Origin: an uncultured Clostridia bacterium
Lineage (GTDB): Bacteria; Bacillota; Clostridia; Oscillospirales; Acutalibacteraceae
Assembly: GCA_946407465.1 (NCBI GenBank)
Contig: CAMJOD010000001.1
Span: 1 to 53,122 of the forward strand
Length of the DNA stretch: 53,122 nucleotides
Reading direction: 5' to 3'
Positions within the stretch are counted from its first letter, which is position 1. Each line of letters starts with the position of its first letter. The translations under genes were made by a program, and so were the position numbers. Below, piece after piece: positions 1 to 8,321 of the stretch. The notes under the pieces were generated by a model. The model saw only the letters and a list, made by a program, of their open reading frames with translations. It made no database searches and was not told where the DNA came from.

Positions 1-17
1 AATACATTCATGACCAT

Positions 18-52
18 AGGCTGCCGCAAAATCTTTCGATTTGCGACAGCCT
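18..52 (-). terminator. Stem-loop downstream of MATE gene
   Basis: Imperfect inverted repeat AGGCTGCCGCAAA...TTTGCGACAGCCT just past the MATE stop; U-tract is weak. Confidence 0.45.
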
Positions 53-87
53 CATGCTGAATTGTTTGAAAGAATCTGAAAAGCGCT

Positions 88-1398
88 TCATGATGTAATG
101 GCTTTTGTGCGCCACTTGCCGCTTTTCCAGCGGAGAACCATCAGGACGCCGCGCACACATTCGTCAGCCGCGAGCGCAATCCACATGCCGTAGATTCCCC
201 AGCCGCAGACAACCGCCAGCAGATAGGAGCCGAGCACGCTGAGCGCCCAGTTGGAAAAAATCGCGCAGAGCGTTGGAAAGAACACGTCTCCGGCGCCGCG
301 CATACAGGCAATCACAACCAGGTTGGTCGTTCTGCCAACCTCCAGCACCACATTCATCAAAAGAATTTGAGAGCAAATTGCCGCCACCTCGGCGTTGTCG
401 GTGAAGATGCCGATTAACTGCGTGCGGAACAGCAGACCTGCCGCACAGCAGAGCAGGGTAATCAGCAGGGCGATACCGTGTGAGCGTCTGCCTTGGCGGT
501 ACGCTTCGTCAAATTCCTTGGCACCGACCAGATGCCCGATGAGTATCTGCGACGCCTGCCCGATGGCGACAGCGAACAGATAGAAAAACATGGTGATATT
601 TTGCACATATGTTTTGGCAACCAGCTCATTTTCCGTCAGGCACCGCAGCACAATCGAGGTGATGACCAGCTGCGAGAGGTTGTAGAGAAAGGTTTCCAGC
701 GCCGACGGCACGCCAATCCGGAGCATCTCTTTGAGCCGGTCAAAGGGAAAGGGCTTGAGCAGCCTGAACATAGCAAAGCTCTCAATTTTTTTGAACAGAA
801 TCACCGCGAGCACCACACTGCACACCAGACGGCTGGCGCAGGTTGCGGCGGCGGCGCCGGCCACACCCATAGACGGCACAAGCAGCAGGTCGGCGGCGGT
901 GTTGAAAAGGTTCATGCCCAGCGAGACAAACATCGTAATTTTTGTCAGACCGTGGTTGCGGATAATCACAGAGACCGCACCGATAAACGCCTGCAAAAAG
1001 ATGGAGCCGCCCACAATCGAAAGATACTGTCCGGCATAGTCAAGCAGCTGTCCCTCCGCACCGATGAGCAGCAAAATCGGGCGGTTAAACAGCAGAAACG
1101 CCGCGCTGACCGCAATGCCGAAAAAGAATTGCAGAACAATCGAGAGCGCCGCCACCTGTGACGCGGACTTTTGCTGTTTTGCGCCCAAATACTGCGAAAT
1201 CATCACGGCGCTGGCAGTGGACAAAATATTGAATACAATGGTGATGATAGAGACGGTTTGGTTTGCCGTGCTGACAGACGATGCCGCCAAATCGTCGTAG
1301 CCGCTGAGAATGTAGACGTCCACAAAGCCCAGCAGCATAAACAGAGCTGTTTCGATAAAAATCGGCCACGCAAGACCGAACAGCGTTAGCTTTTTCAT
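88..1398 (-). CDS. MATE family efflux transporter
   Basis: 436 aa, about 12 hydrophobic segments; LAWPIFIE, GVAGAAAAT, IGVPSALE, RGAGD and GIYGMWIA motifs; GAGGAG RBS. Confidence 0.93.
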   Translation of the reverse strand: MKKLTLFGLAWPIFIETALFMLLGFVDVYILSGYDDLAASSVSTANQTVSIITIVFNILSTASAVMISQYLGAKQQKSASQVAALSIVLQFFFGIAVSAAFLLFNRPILLLIGAEGQLLDYAGQYLSIVGGSIFLQAFIGAVSVIIRNHGLTKITMFVSLGMNLFNTAADLLLVPSMGVAGAAAATCASRLVCSVVLAVILFKKIESFAMFRLLKPFPFDRLKEMLRIGVPSALETFLYNLSQLVITSIVLRCLTENELVAKTYVQNITMFFYLFAVAIGQASQILIGHLVGAKEFDEAYRQGRRSHGIALLITLLCCAAGLLFRTQLIGIFTDNAEVAAICSQILLMNVVLEVGRTTNLVVIACMRGAGDVFFPTLCAIFSNWALSVLGSYLLAVVCGWGIYGMWIALAADECVRGVLMVLRWKSGKWRTKAITS

Positions 1399-1589
1399 GT
1401 TTTCTCCTCGTTTTGGTTGATAATACCATTATACTATTTTTTCGGCGCTATGACCAGACCCAAAATCAAAAAGTGACAATTTTATATTTTCTGTCTATAA
1501 ATCTTTACAAATAACGGAATCGGTAGTATAATATTTTTGCAGCAACAGGCATCGCCTGCGGCTGAATTGTGGTATAAAGGAGAATGAAT

Positions 1590-2357
1590 ATGTTCTGTGA
1601 AAAATGCGGTCACAATAATCTTGACACTGCCAAGTTCTGCGCAGGCTGCGGCGCACGGCTGGCAACGCCGCAACCCGACCAATTGCCCTTTGCGGAAGCG
1701 CCAAGCGATACCAACGCCTATGCGCAGCCGGAATACACCCAGCCGACATATACACAGCCCGAAAACGCGCAGCCGCAGTACACCCGGCAGCCGTACACAC
1801 AGCCTGAAAACGTGCAGCCGCCCTACGCGCAGCCTTCTTACGGTCAACAGCCGTCCTACAATCAATACAACGGCTATCAGCCTTCTCCGGCATTGAAGCC
1901 GCAGGGCAAGTCCGTCGGCGCGTTAGTGATTTACATGATATGCGGTGCGATGGCGCTGCTGAGCATTTTGTTTGTGTTTTTGCCGCACCTCACGGTGATG
2001 GGCAGAACATATGCGCCGTTTCAGCTGGTTTCCGACAGTTATGTTTGGGGCTCCTCAAGCGACGCGCGTATTGGCGCCGTCTTTGTGATTATCCTGCTCG
2101 TTATTCCCATGCTGCTGCAGCTGGTCTGGGCGATTCTGTCCTTTCTGCGCACACGGGCGGCAGGCGTTTTGGGCTTGATAGCTTCTATTTTTGCCATTAA
2201 TCACACGATTATCTGGCTGGCACTGCTTGCCGGCATCCGTGAAAGAAGCTATTCGCTTGCTTCCATGACGGCGGTTCCCGTGCTGATGCTGATTTTTGCG
2301 ATTGCCGGTATGGTGCTTGCGATTATCCAGATGACAAAGAAAAACCGCGTTCGCTGA
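1590..2357 (+). CDS. Zinc-ribbon membrane protein with Q/P/Y-rich linker
   Basis: N-terminal FCEKCG...FCAGCG, YTQP-type repeats, four hydrophobic helices; AAGGAG RBS spacing favours the ATG at 1590 over 1584. Confidence 0.8.
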   Translation: MFCEKCGHNNLDTAKFCAGCGARLATPQPDQLPFAEAPSDTNAYAQPEYTQPTYTQPENAQPQYTRQPYTQPENVQPPYAQPSYGQQPSYNQYNGYQPSPALKPQGKSVGALVIYMICGAMALLSILFVFLPHLTVMGRTYAPFQLVSDSYVWGSSSDARIGAVFVIILLVIPMLLQLVWAILSFLRTRAAGVLGLIASIFAINHTIIWLALLAGIRERSYSLASMTAVPVLMLIFAIAGMVLAIIQMTKKNRVR

Positions 2358-2389
2358 TAACGGTTTTTGAATAAAAGTTGACGCGAAGC

Positions 2390-2434
2390 AGCGCCGGCTC
2401 ACAACCCTTGCGGTTGGAGCCGGCGCTTTATTTT
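2390..2434. terminator. Terminator between convergent genes
   Basis: AGCGCCGGCTC...GAGCCGGCGCT hairpin followed by TTATTTT. Confidence 0.75.
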
Positions 2435-2444
2435 GTCAGAAATA

Positions 2445-3851
2445 TCAATCATCTTCGGGCTTGGCAGGAGGATTGCCGCCGCCGTGACCGCTTCCTGTGC
2501 TCTGTACTTCAATCGGATTGCCGAACGACGCGCTGCCCTCGGTATAGGAGGTGCCGTCGATAAAGAGCTTGTGACCGTTGAGGTTCACCGCGTTCGCGCC
2601 GCAGGTCATGCCGGTGATATAGCTGTCTGCGGTGAGCGTCCAGGTGGAGCCGTCCTCAATTTCCACATACACCTCGCCGTCCTGACCGCCGCTGTTAATC
2701 GCGCCGGTAAACGAAGCGTTGCCGCTGAGGTACAGGTTCAAATGCGACACGCTGTCCACAAGCATAACGCCGTTAATGGTCTGGTTGACGGCGTTGAGCG
2801 TCACCTGACCGCCGTTGCTGCCCTCGCTGCCCCAGCCTGCCGCGGCAGCACGGAGAAACACGCCGTCGCCGTTGTTGGTAATCTGAGCGTTATTGAGTGT
2901 AATCTCGGTCGCGGTGTTATTGACAAAGAACATATCTCCGTTTTGGTTGGTGAGCGTACCGCCGTTCATGGCAAAGCGTGAGACGCCCTCCGCCGCGTCG
3001 CCGGACATGGACTGATAAATCATCACCGCTTGATACCAATCCGATTTGTCGCTGTTCTTTTTGTTGTTATCGGCGGTAAGGTTGACGTTATTGAGCGTGA
3101 CGGAGTTCTTGCCCTCCACCACAACACCCTGCGAGGCGGTTGAGGTCATGGTCGCGTCGCTGACGGTGATGTCCGCCGTCGAGTAGATGACAGGCGAGCC
3201 GGTGCCGCTCGTTGTATAGTCGCCGCCGGTGACGTTGACGGTGCCGCCGCCTCTGTCGGAGCGGATAGCCGCCGACGAATTGCCGGAGGTGGTGATGGTG
3301 AGATTCTCGGCGTTCATGGTGCCGCCTCCGGTCGTCATCAGACCGCCGGAGCAGTTGCCGCTCGTCTCAATATAGGAGTTTGAGATATTGACGGTCGTTC
3401 CCTCGCCGTAGCTGAACACGGCGTTGGCGTGGGTGCCGTCGGTTTTTACGACCATATCCTTCAGGCTAAGAGAGCCGCCGTCTGTGGCAAACACAGCGGC
3501 ATTCTCGCCGTAGAAGTCTGCTTCGTCGCCGTCCGCTTCACCGGTCTTATTGACGCGCACATGAGCATAGTTCAAGGCGTCACCGTCCGCAAGAATCGCG
3601 TGACCGCCGTCCTCGGTGTTTTCGATGGTTTCGTTAATGGTAATATCGCTTTCCGTCAGCTTGGCGGAGCCGCTGCCCTCGGGCAGTGAGTTTTCCGCGG
3701 ACTCGTCCTGCGTAGCGGCGGAAGCTGCGGCAGTCGTTGTCTGCGGAGAGCTTTCGTCACCCTTTCGGCAGGAAGTGAGCGCCACCGTTGTGGCAATCGC
3801 CGTCAAAACAGCGATAAATACCAAATAAGTTTTACTGACCTTTGCTTTCAT
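2445..3851 (-). CDS. Secreted lipoprotein with beta-helix-like G/T/S/N-rich repeats
   Basis: AAGGAGG RBS before MKAKVSK, lipobox-like ALTSC, repeated TSGxxS/GGxL units. Confidence 0.75.
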   Translation of the reverse strand: MKAKVSKTYLVFIAVLTAIATTVALTSCRKGDESSPQTTTAAASAATQDESAENSLPEGSGSAKLTESDITINETIENTEDGGHAILADGDALNYAHVRVNKTGEADGDEADFYGENAAVFATDGGSLSLKDMVVKTDGTHANAVFSYGEGTTVNISNSYIETSGNCSGGLMTTGGGTMNAENLTITTSGNSSAAIRSDRGGGTVNVTGGDYTTSGTGSPVIYSTADITVSDATMTSTASQGVVVEGKNSVTLNNVNLTADNNKKNSDKSDWYQAVMIYQSMSGDAAEGVSRFAMNGGTLTNQNGDMFFVNNTATEITLNNAQITNNGDGVFLRAAAAGWGSEGSNGGQVTLNAVNQTINGVMLVDSVSHLNLYLSGNASFTGAINSGGQDGEVYVEIEDGSTWTLTADSYITGMTCGANAVNLNGHKLFIDGTSYTEGSASFGNPIEVQSTGSGHGGGNPPAKPEDD

Positions 3852-3943
3852 AATAAACGCCTCCTTTGGCTTTTCCAAAATCATACACCCACACCCTTAA
3901 AAAATCCTTAACCCGCGTGTCGCGGGAGCCAATCCGCGCTTCT

Positions 3944-4275
3944 ATTGTCGTTGGAAACGGAAAAGTTTTTCGCACGCGTTATGATGCGGCGTTTTGCAAG
4001 CGTTTATGGACTATGTGTCTTTCCAAAGCCGCGCCGAATGGAACGTCACGTTCCCGCGTTAAAACGTGTGATAATGAACACGGATTGCTGTAACAGCAGG
4101 AGCCGGATTGTCTGTGAAAACGGAAGAGTTTTTCGCACGCGTTATGATGCGGCGTTTTGCAAGCGTTTACAGACTATGTGTCTTTCCGAAGCCGCGCCGA
4201 ATGGAACATCACGTTCCCGCGTTAAAACGTGTGGGGTAACGAACGCGGCTTGCTTGCTGTTGCGGCAGGAGCCGT
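3944..4275. repeat. Two tandem ~163 bp intergenic repeats carrying the palindrome GGAACGTCACGTTCC
   Basis: 3944-4070 and 4107-4233 are near-identical, with more degenerate 3' tails. Confidence 0.9.
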
Positions 4276-4294
4276 TGCCTGTGGTTTATTGTCA

Positions 4295-4338
4295 AAAAAC
4301 AAAAAGCACACCCGTCAATTCTTTGAAGGGTATGCTTT
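4295..4338 (-). terminator. Intrinsic terminator of the PqqD/S26 unit
   Basis: AAAGCACACCC...GGGTATGCTTT hairpin; the preceding A-run gives a U-tract on the minus strand. Confidence 0.6.
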
Positions 4339-4346
4339 GCAACGCG

Positions 4347-4847
4347 TTATGTATCTGTTTTATTCTCTTTGTCTTTTTTCTTCTTTTTCTCGTCGGTGAA
4401 GCCCAGCCTGCGCTTGACGGCGCGGAAAATTCGGCGCGGCAGGCGCGTATAATACCAAAAATTCACATAGATGCGGTAGCGGTAAAAGGACGGCAAATAG
4501 GGGACGCCCTTGCGGCAGAAGGAGGTCATCACGGCGATGACTTGGCTGTCATGAATCCCCTTTTCCTTGGTGAACTGGTTGTCGCCGCACATCACATAGG
4601 AGCCGTCGTTGCCGTAATCTATGACGCGGTGCAGCACATACTGTCCGTTTTTGCGGCGGTAGAGCGCCACGTCAAACAGATGGAGCCTGCCTTTTGGCTT
4701 GGACAGCACCACCACATCCTCTCCGTCGCGCAGCATGGGCAGCATGCTGGTGCCGTTAGGTGTAAAGGTGACGTTGCCGCCGGCGTCGAGCTTTTCGAGA
4801 ATCAGCTCCATGACCTCGTCGAGCGTGGTTTCTTTATTCAAGGACAT
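4347..4847 (-). CDS. S24/S26-family (signal peptidase-like) peptidase
   Basis: GTSMLPML (catalytic Ser), VLHRVI (His) and GDN motifs; overlaps the upstream PqqD gene. Confidence 0.85.
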   Translation of the reverse strand: MSLNKETTLDEVMELILEKLDAGGNVTFTPNGTSMLPMLRDGEDVVVLSKPKGRLHLFDVALYRRKNGQYVLHRVIDYGNDGSYVMCGDNQFTKEKGIHDSQVIAVMTSFCRKGVPYLPSFYRYRIYVNFWYYTRLPRRIFRAVKRRLGFTDEKKKKKDKENKTDT

Positions 4848-5097
4848 CGGCTTCCTCTGCTTTTTTCAAAAAGACGTCAATATCCGCAGCCGCCTTTTCG
4901 GGCGTCACGTCATATTCCTCCAACATTTTTTGGAGCAAATCCTCCTTTTCGGCGCCCTCCTGGAGCAGTCCGAACAAAAACGCGCCTGTTTCGTTAAGGT
5001 TGATAATGCCGTTAAAGTCGAGCGTCAGCTTGCCGACCGGCACGACCACATAGGAATCCGCCACCTTGCGGAGAATAAAGTCCTTTTTTATTTTCAT
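4834..5097 (-). CDS. PqqD-family (RiPP recognition element) protein
   Basis: 87 aa; FILRKVAD...LNETGAFLF...EYDV...ADIDVFL pattern typical of the PqqD family. Confidence 0.85.
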   Translation of the reverse strand: MKIKKDFILRKVADSYVVVPVGKLTLDFNGIINLNETGAFLFGLLQEGAEKEDLLQKMLEEYDVTPEKAAADIDVFLKKAEEADVLE

Positions 5098-5126
5098 GTC
5101 GCCACTTCCTCGCTGTTGATAAGGCT

Positions 5127-5155
5127 ATTATAATATAGTTTGCAAAAAATTGCAA
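5127..5155 (-). promoter_or_regulatory. Sigma-A promoter for the pqqD-S26 pair
   Basis: Minus strand TTGCAA-17 nt-TATAAT. Confidence 0.6.
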
Positions 5156-5217
5156 GAGCATGCGCCGGGCGGAATACTGTCAAAACGGATTTATAACCGC
5201 CTTGTGCCGAAACCGTG

Positions 5218-6360
5218 TCATTTTTTGGCAATTTGCATGCCCGTCTGTATCAGCCTGAACAGCCGCACCGCTGCGTCGTAATAGAGCGCGGCGGCGTTTT
5301 GCATAGCTTCGTCCAGCGTCATGGGACGGCTCACGGTTGACATCAGGGAGTTGACGCCGTGTTCGTACAGCAATTGCGCGCCCTCGTCCAGCGAGCCGGA
5401 CAGACCGACAACCGGCACGCCCTTTTCCTTGGCGCGTCTGCCAACGCCTGCCATCACCTTGCCGCACATGCTCTGCGCGTCGGTTTTGCCCTCGCCGGTC
5501 ACAACCAAATCCGCCTGCGCCAGCGCGTCGTCAAAGCCGGTCAGGTCGAGCACGGTTTCGATGCCGGAGCGCATTTCGCCGCCGAGAAAAACGCGCAGCG
5601 CCGCGCCGAGTCCGCCGGCAGCGCCTGCACCCTCCATTGCGTCGCAGTCTGTGCCAAACTGTCTGCGAATAACGTCGCGGTAGCGGCACATGCCCTGCTC
5701 CAGCTCATTCATTATGGCAGGTGTCGCGCCCTTTTGCGCGGAAAAGATGCGTGTGGCGCCGTTTGCGCCGCAGAGAGGATTTTTTACGTCGCACAACACA
5801 GTGACTGCCGCCTTCCGCAAAAGTGGCTCCAAGCCGTCCAAGGCGATGCGGTCAACCGCCGCCAAATCCCTGCCGCAGCCGAAAAGCTCCTTGCCGTCTT
5901 TATCAAAAAATTTGCCGCCCAGGGCGCGCACGCAGCCCATGCCGCCGTCGTTGGTCGCGGAGCCGCCGATGGCAACAACAATCTCGCGGCAGCCGCGGCG
6001 CAGCGCGTCCCGAATCAATTCACCGGTGCCGTAGGTGGTGGTGTACAGCGGATTGCGCTCCTGCTCCGGCACCAAGGGCAAGCCCGATGCCGCCGCCATT
6101 TCGATAATCGCCTTGCTGCCGCTGACGCCGTAACGCGCCTTTATCGGGCGCATCAGCGGATCGTGCACCTCGGCTGTGATGATTTTTCCGTGTGTCGCCG
6201 CCGTCACCGCCTCCACCGTGCCCTCGCCGCCGTCGGCAACGGGCAGACTCATGCAGGTGCAGCTGCCGAACACTTCATTTGCCGCCTTTGTCAGCAGCGC
6301 AGCCGTCTCACTGCTCGACAGGCTTCCCTTGAAGCTGTCCGAAACAAATAACAGTCTCAT
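5218..6360 (-). CDS. Glycerate kinase (GlxK/GarK family)
   Basis: DSFKGSLSS, ADGGEGT, IEMAAASGL, GGSATNDGG and TGEGKTD motifs; start taken at MRLLF. Confidence 0.95.
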   Translation of the reverse strand: MRLLFVSDSFKGSLSSSETAALLTKAANEVFGSCTCMSLPVADGGEGTVEAVTAATHGKIITAEVHDPLMRPIKARYGVSGSKAIIEMAAASGLPLVPEQERNPLYTTTYGTGELIRDALRRGCREIVVAIGGSATNDGGMGCVRALGGKFFDKDGKELFGCGRDLAAVDRIALDGLEPLLRKAAVTVLCDVKNPLCGANGATRIFSAQKGATPAIMNELEQGMCRYRDVIRRQFGTDCDAMEGAGAAGGLGAALRVFLGGEMRSGIETVLDLTGFDDALAQADLVVTGEGKTDAQSMCGKVMAGVGRRAKEKGVPVVGLSGSLDEGAQLLYEHGVNSLMSTVSRPMTLDEAMQNAAALYYDAAVRLFRLIQTGMQIAKK

Positions 6361-6464
6361 TTTGCCACCGCCCTTTCTGCTGCTATTATAGCATGAAAAC
6401 CGGCGCATGGCTATCCCAAAATGTCGAAATCAACGAAATACTTGTTATAAATTCATAAAATCTA

Positions 6465-6493
6465 TTGCGCCGATAAGATAATAATGGTACAAT
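6465..6493 (+). promoter_or_regulatory. Sigma-A promoter (extended -10) for the accessory locus
   Basis: TTGCGC-17 nt-TACAAT with TG one base upstream of the -10, in an AT-rich intergenic region. Confidence 0.55.
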
Positions 6494-6530
6494 AAAGTAT
6501 ATTTATTATTCCGGTAAAGGATGTTATAGC

Positions 6531-7316
6531 ATGAATATCCCCTTCAGCGGCAGAAGCTTTTCAAACTCGGGCAAACGCCTGTTGATTACCTTTTGTCTGG
6601 ATGTGTCTCCCTCGATGGGAAGTGAAATTCTCGGCAAAAAATCCGCGATTGCCATTTTGAACGAAACCGTGAGCGGCATTGCGGAGGAGCTTTCCAAGGA
6701 CAAAAAGCTCCGCAGCATGGTGGAGCTGATGTTTGTCACCTTTTGCACGGACGTGCTGCATGTGGAGCGCATGCCCCTGAATCAGTTTTCACACAGAGAG
6801 TTTACGGAGGAGCCTGTCGGCGGCTCCGATATTCCCAACGCGGTGCTGTCTACCTTTCGGCTGATTGACGAGCGCATCGGCGACTATCAAAAGGCGGGCA
6901 TCCGCTATCACAGCCCGATTTTTGTGCTCATCAGCGACGGCAACCCCGACTACGAGGAGGCTGACGAGACCGAGCGCCGCGCCATGCGCATGGTCAACGA
7001 GCGCTGCCGCAGCGACGTTACCGGCTCGGTGTGTCCGTTTATTATCGGCATCGGCGACGAGCTCAACGAGACCACGCGCAGCACGATGGCAGGCTACGCA
7101 AGGGGCTTTATGGACGGCTATTTCCATATTATGGGCGACGAGGAGCTGCAAACCAGAATTGCCAAGATGATAGTCAAGCTGTTCGGTAGCAGCGTCAAAT
7201 GTGTGGCGCAGAGCAGCAACCAGACCGCCCGTTCGCTGGGAGAAACGGCAGGCGAGATGAACCGCGTACACACGCAAATCAACGCCACCATTCAGGAATA
7301 CAGAAATTTGGTGTAG
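6531..7316 (+). CDS. terY: TerY-like vWA domain protein (copy 1)
   Basis: MIDAS LDVSPSM, VELMFVTF, PIFVLISDGNPD; followed by PP2C and kinase genes. Confidence 0.82.
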   Translation: MNIPFSGRSFSNSGKRLLITFCLDVSPSMGSEILGKKSAIAILNETVSGIAEELSKDKKLRSMVELMFVTFCTDVLHVERMPLNQFSHREFTEEPVGGSDIPNAVLSTFRLIDERIGDYQKAGIRYHSPIFVLISDGNPDYEEADETERRAMRMVNERCRSDVTGSVCPFIIGIGDELNETTRSTMAGYARGFMDGYFHIMGDEELQTRIAKMIVKLFGSSVKCVAQSSNQTARSLGETAGEMNRVHTQINATIQEYRNLV

Positions 7317-7325
7317 CAGGGTTTC

Positions 7326-8300
7326 GTGATGCGGCAGTGGAAATACGGATATACTATCCGAATCGGCGAAAAGCACCTGCGGACAGGAGCCGTCTGTCAG
7401 GACAGCGTGTTTGCGCTGGAGGATGAAAAATGCATTGTGATGGCGCTTTGCGACGGAATCGGGTCGCTGCCCCTGTCGGGCAGAGCCGCTCAGCTGGCGG
7501 CTGCGGCTGCCTGCCATATTCTGCGCAAGTGTGCCGATATAAATTTTTATCATCACGCCGAGGTGCCAAACGGCATGATGAAGGATTTGCTCGAGAGAGT
7601 TGACCGCTTTGTCACCGGCAAATTCAGCGAAGAGGGCGCCGACCGCTCGCAGGGCGACAGCACGCTGGCGTTTGTGTTTGTGTCCAAGCTCTTTGACTTC
7701 GGCTTTGCCGGCTGTCTGGGCGACAGCGCCGTCTGCCTGATTCGCAAATCGGGCAACATCTGTCTGACCGAGAGCAACGCCAATCTGGAGAGCACGGCGA
7801 GCCTCCACATCCGCGAGCCGTGGCGGCTTGCCAAGTCCGAGGCGTTTCGGCTGGGTGATGATTTTTTTGGCGCCATACTCACCTCCGACGGCATGGACAG
7901 CGAGATTTATACAAAAAATTCTTCGCAGGTTTTTCGCCGTGCGCAGGTGTATTTTAATGCCGCGCAGAGCGGCAATGTGGAGCAGACGCTCGCAGCGCTG
8001 GCGGAGCGTGCCGTCCGTCAGTCCGGCGGCGAGCTGGATGACGACATCAGCATCGCGGTGCTCAGCCGCGCTGTCGGCGACGTGATTTTTCCGCAGGACG
8101 TCACCTGGCTGTGCGCCTGCGGTGCGCGCAACCGGCTGGAAAACTCCTATTGCTTTCGCTGCGGACGCGATTTTTTGACACTGTACAGCCGCGTTTCGTT
8201 TGCCAAATACGGCGGCAAAACACAGTTCTTCCGCTATGCCAACCAACATGCTGCGCTGGAGCGGAGAATTTTGGACGGTATCACCAATCAAAACAAATGA
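7326..8300 (+). CDS. PP2C-family phosphatase with C-terminal zinc finger (copy 1, soluble)
   Basis: CQDS, LCDGIGS, LGDS, LTSDG and DDISI motifs; WLCACG...N...CFRCG. Confidence 0.87.
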   Translation: MMRQWKYGYTIRIGEKHLRTGAVCQDSVFALEDEKCIVMALCDGIGSLPLSGRAAQLAAAAACHILRKCADINFYHHAEVPNGMMKDLLERVDRFVTGKFSEEGADRSQGDSTLAFVFVSKLFDFGFAGCLGDSAVCLIRKSGNICLTESNANLESTASLHIREPWRLAKSEAFRLGDDFFGAILTSDGMDSEIYTKNSSQVFRRAQVYFNAAQSGNVEQTLAALAERAVRQSGGELDDDISIAVLSRAVGDVIFPQDVTWLCACGARNRLENSYCFRCGRDFLTLYSRVSFAKYGGKTQFFRYANQHAALERRILDGITNQNK

Positions 8301-8321
8301 GTGCTGCAAAGGAGACGCCAA

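Noticed and set aside
3945-4997. 350-aa plus-strand ORF
   Set aside because: Reads through the intergenic repeat and antisense to the S26/PqqD genes; no RBS or protein-like signal.
6422-6428. Spo0A-box-like TGTCGAA upstream of the island promoter
   Set aside because: A single 7-mer is expected by chance; no second box to support it.
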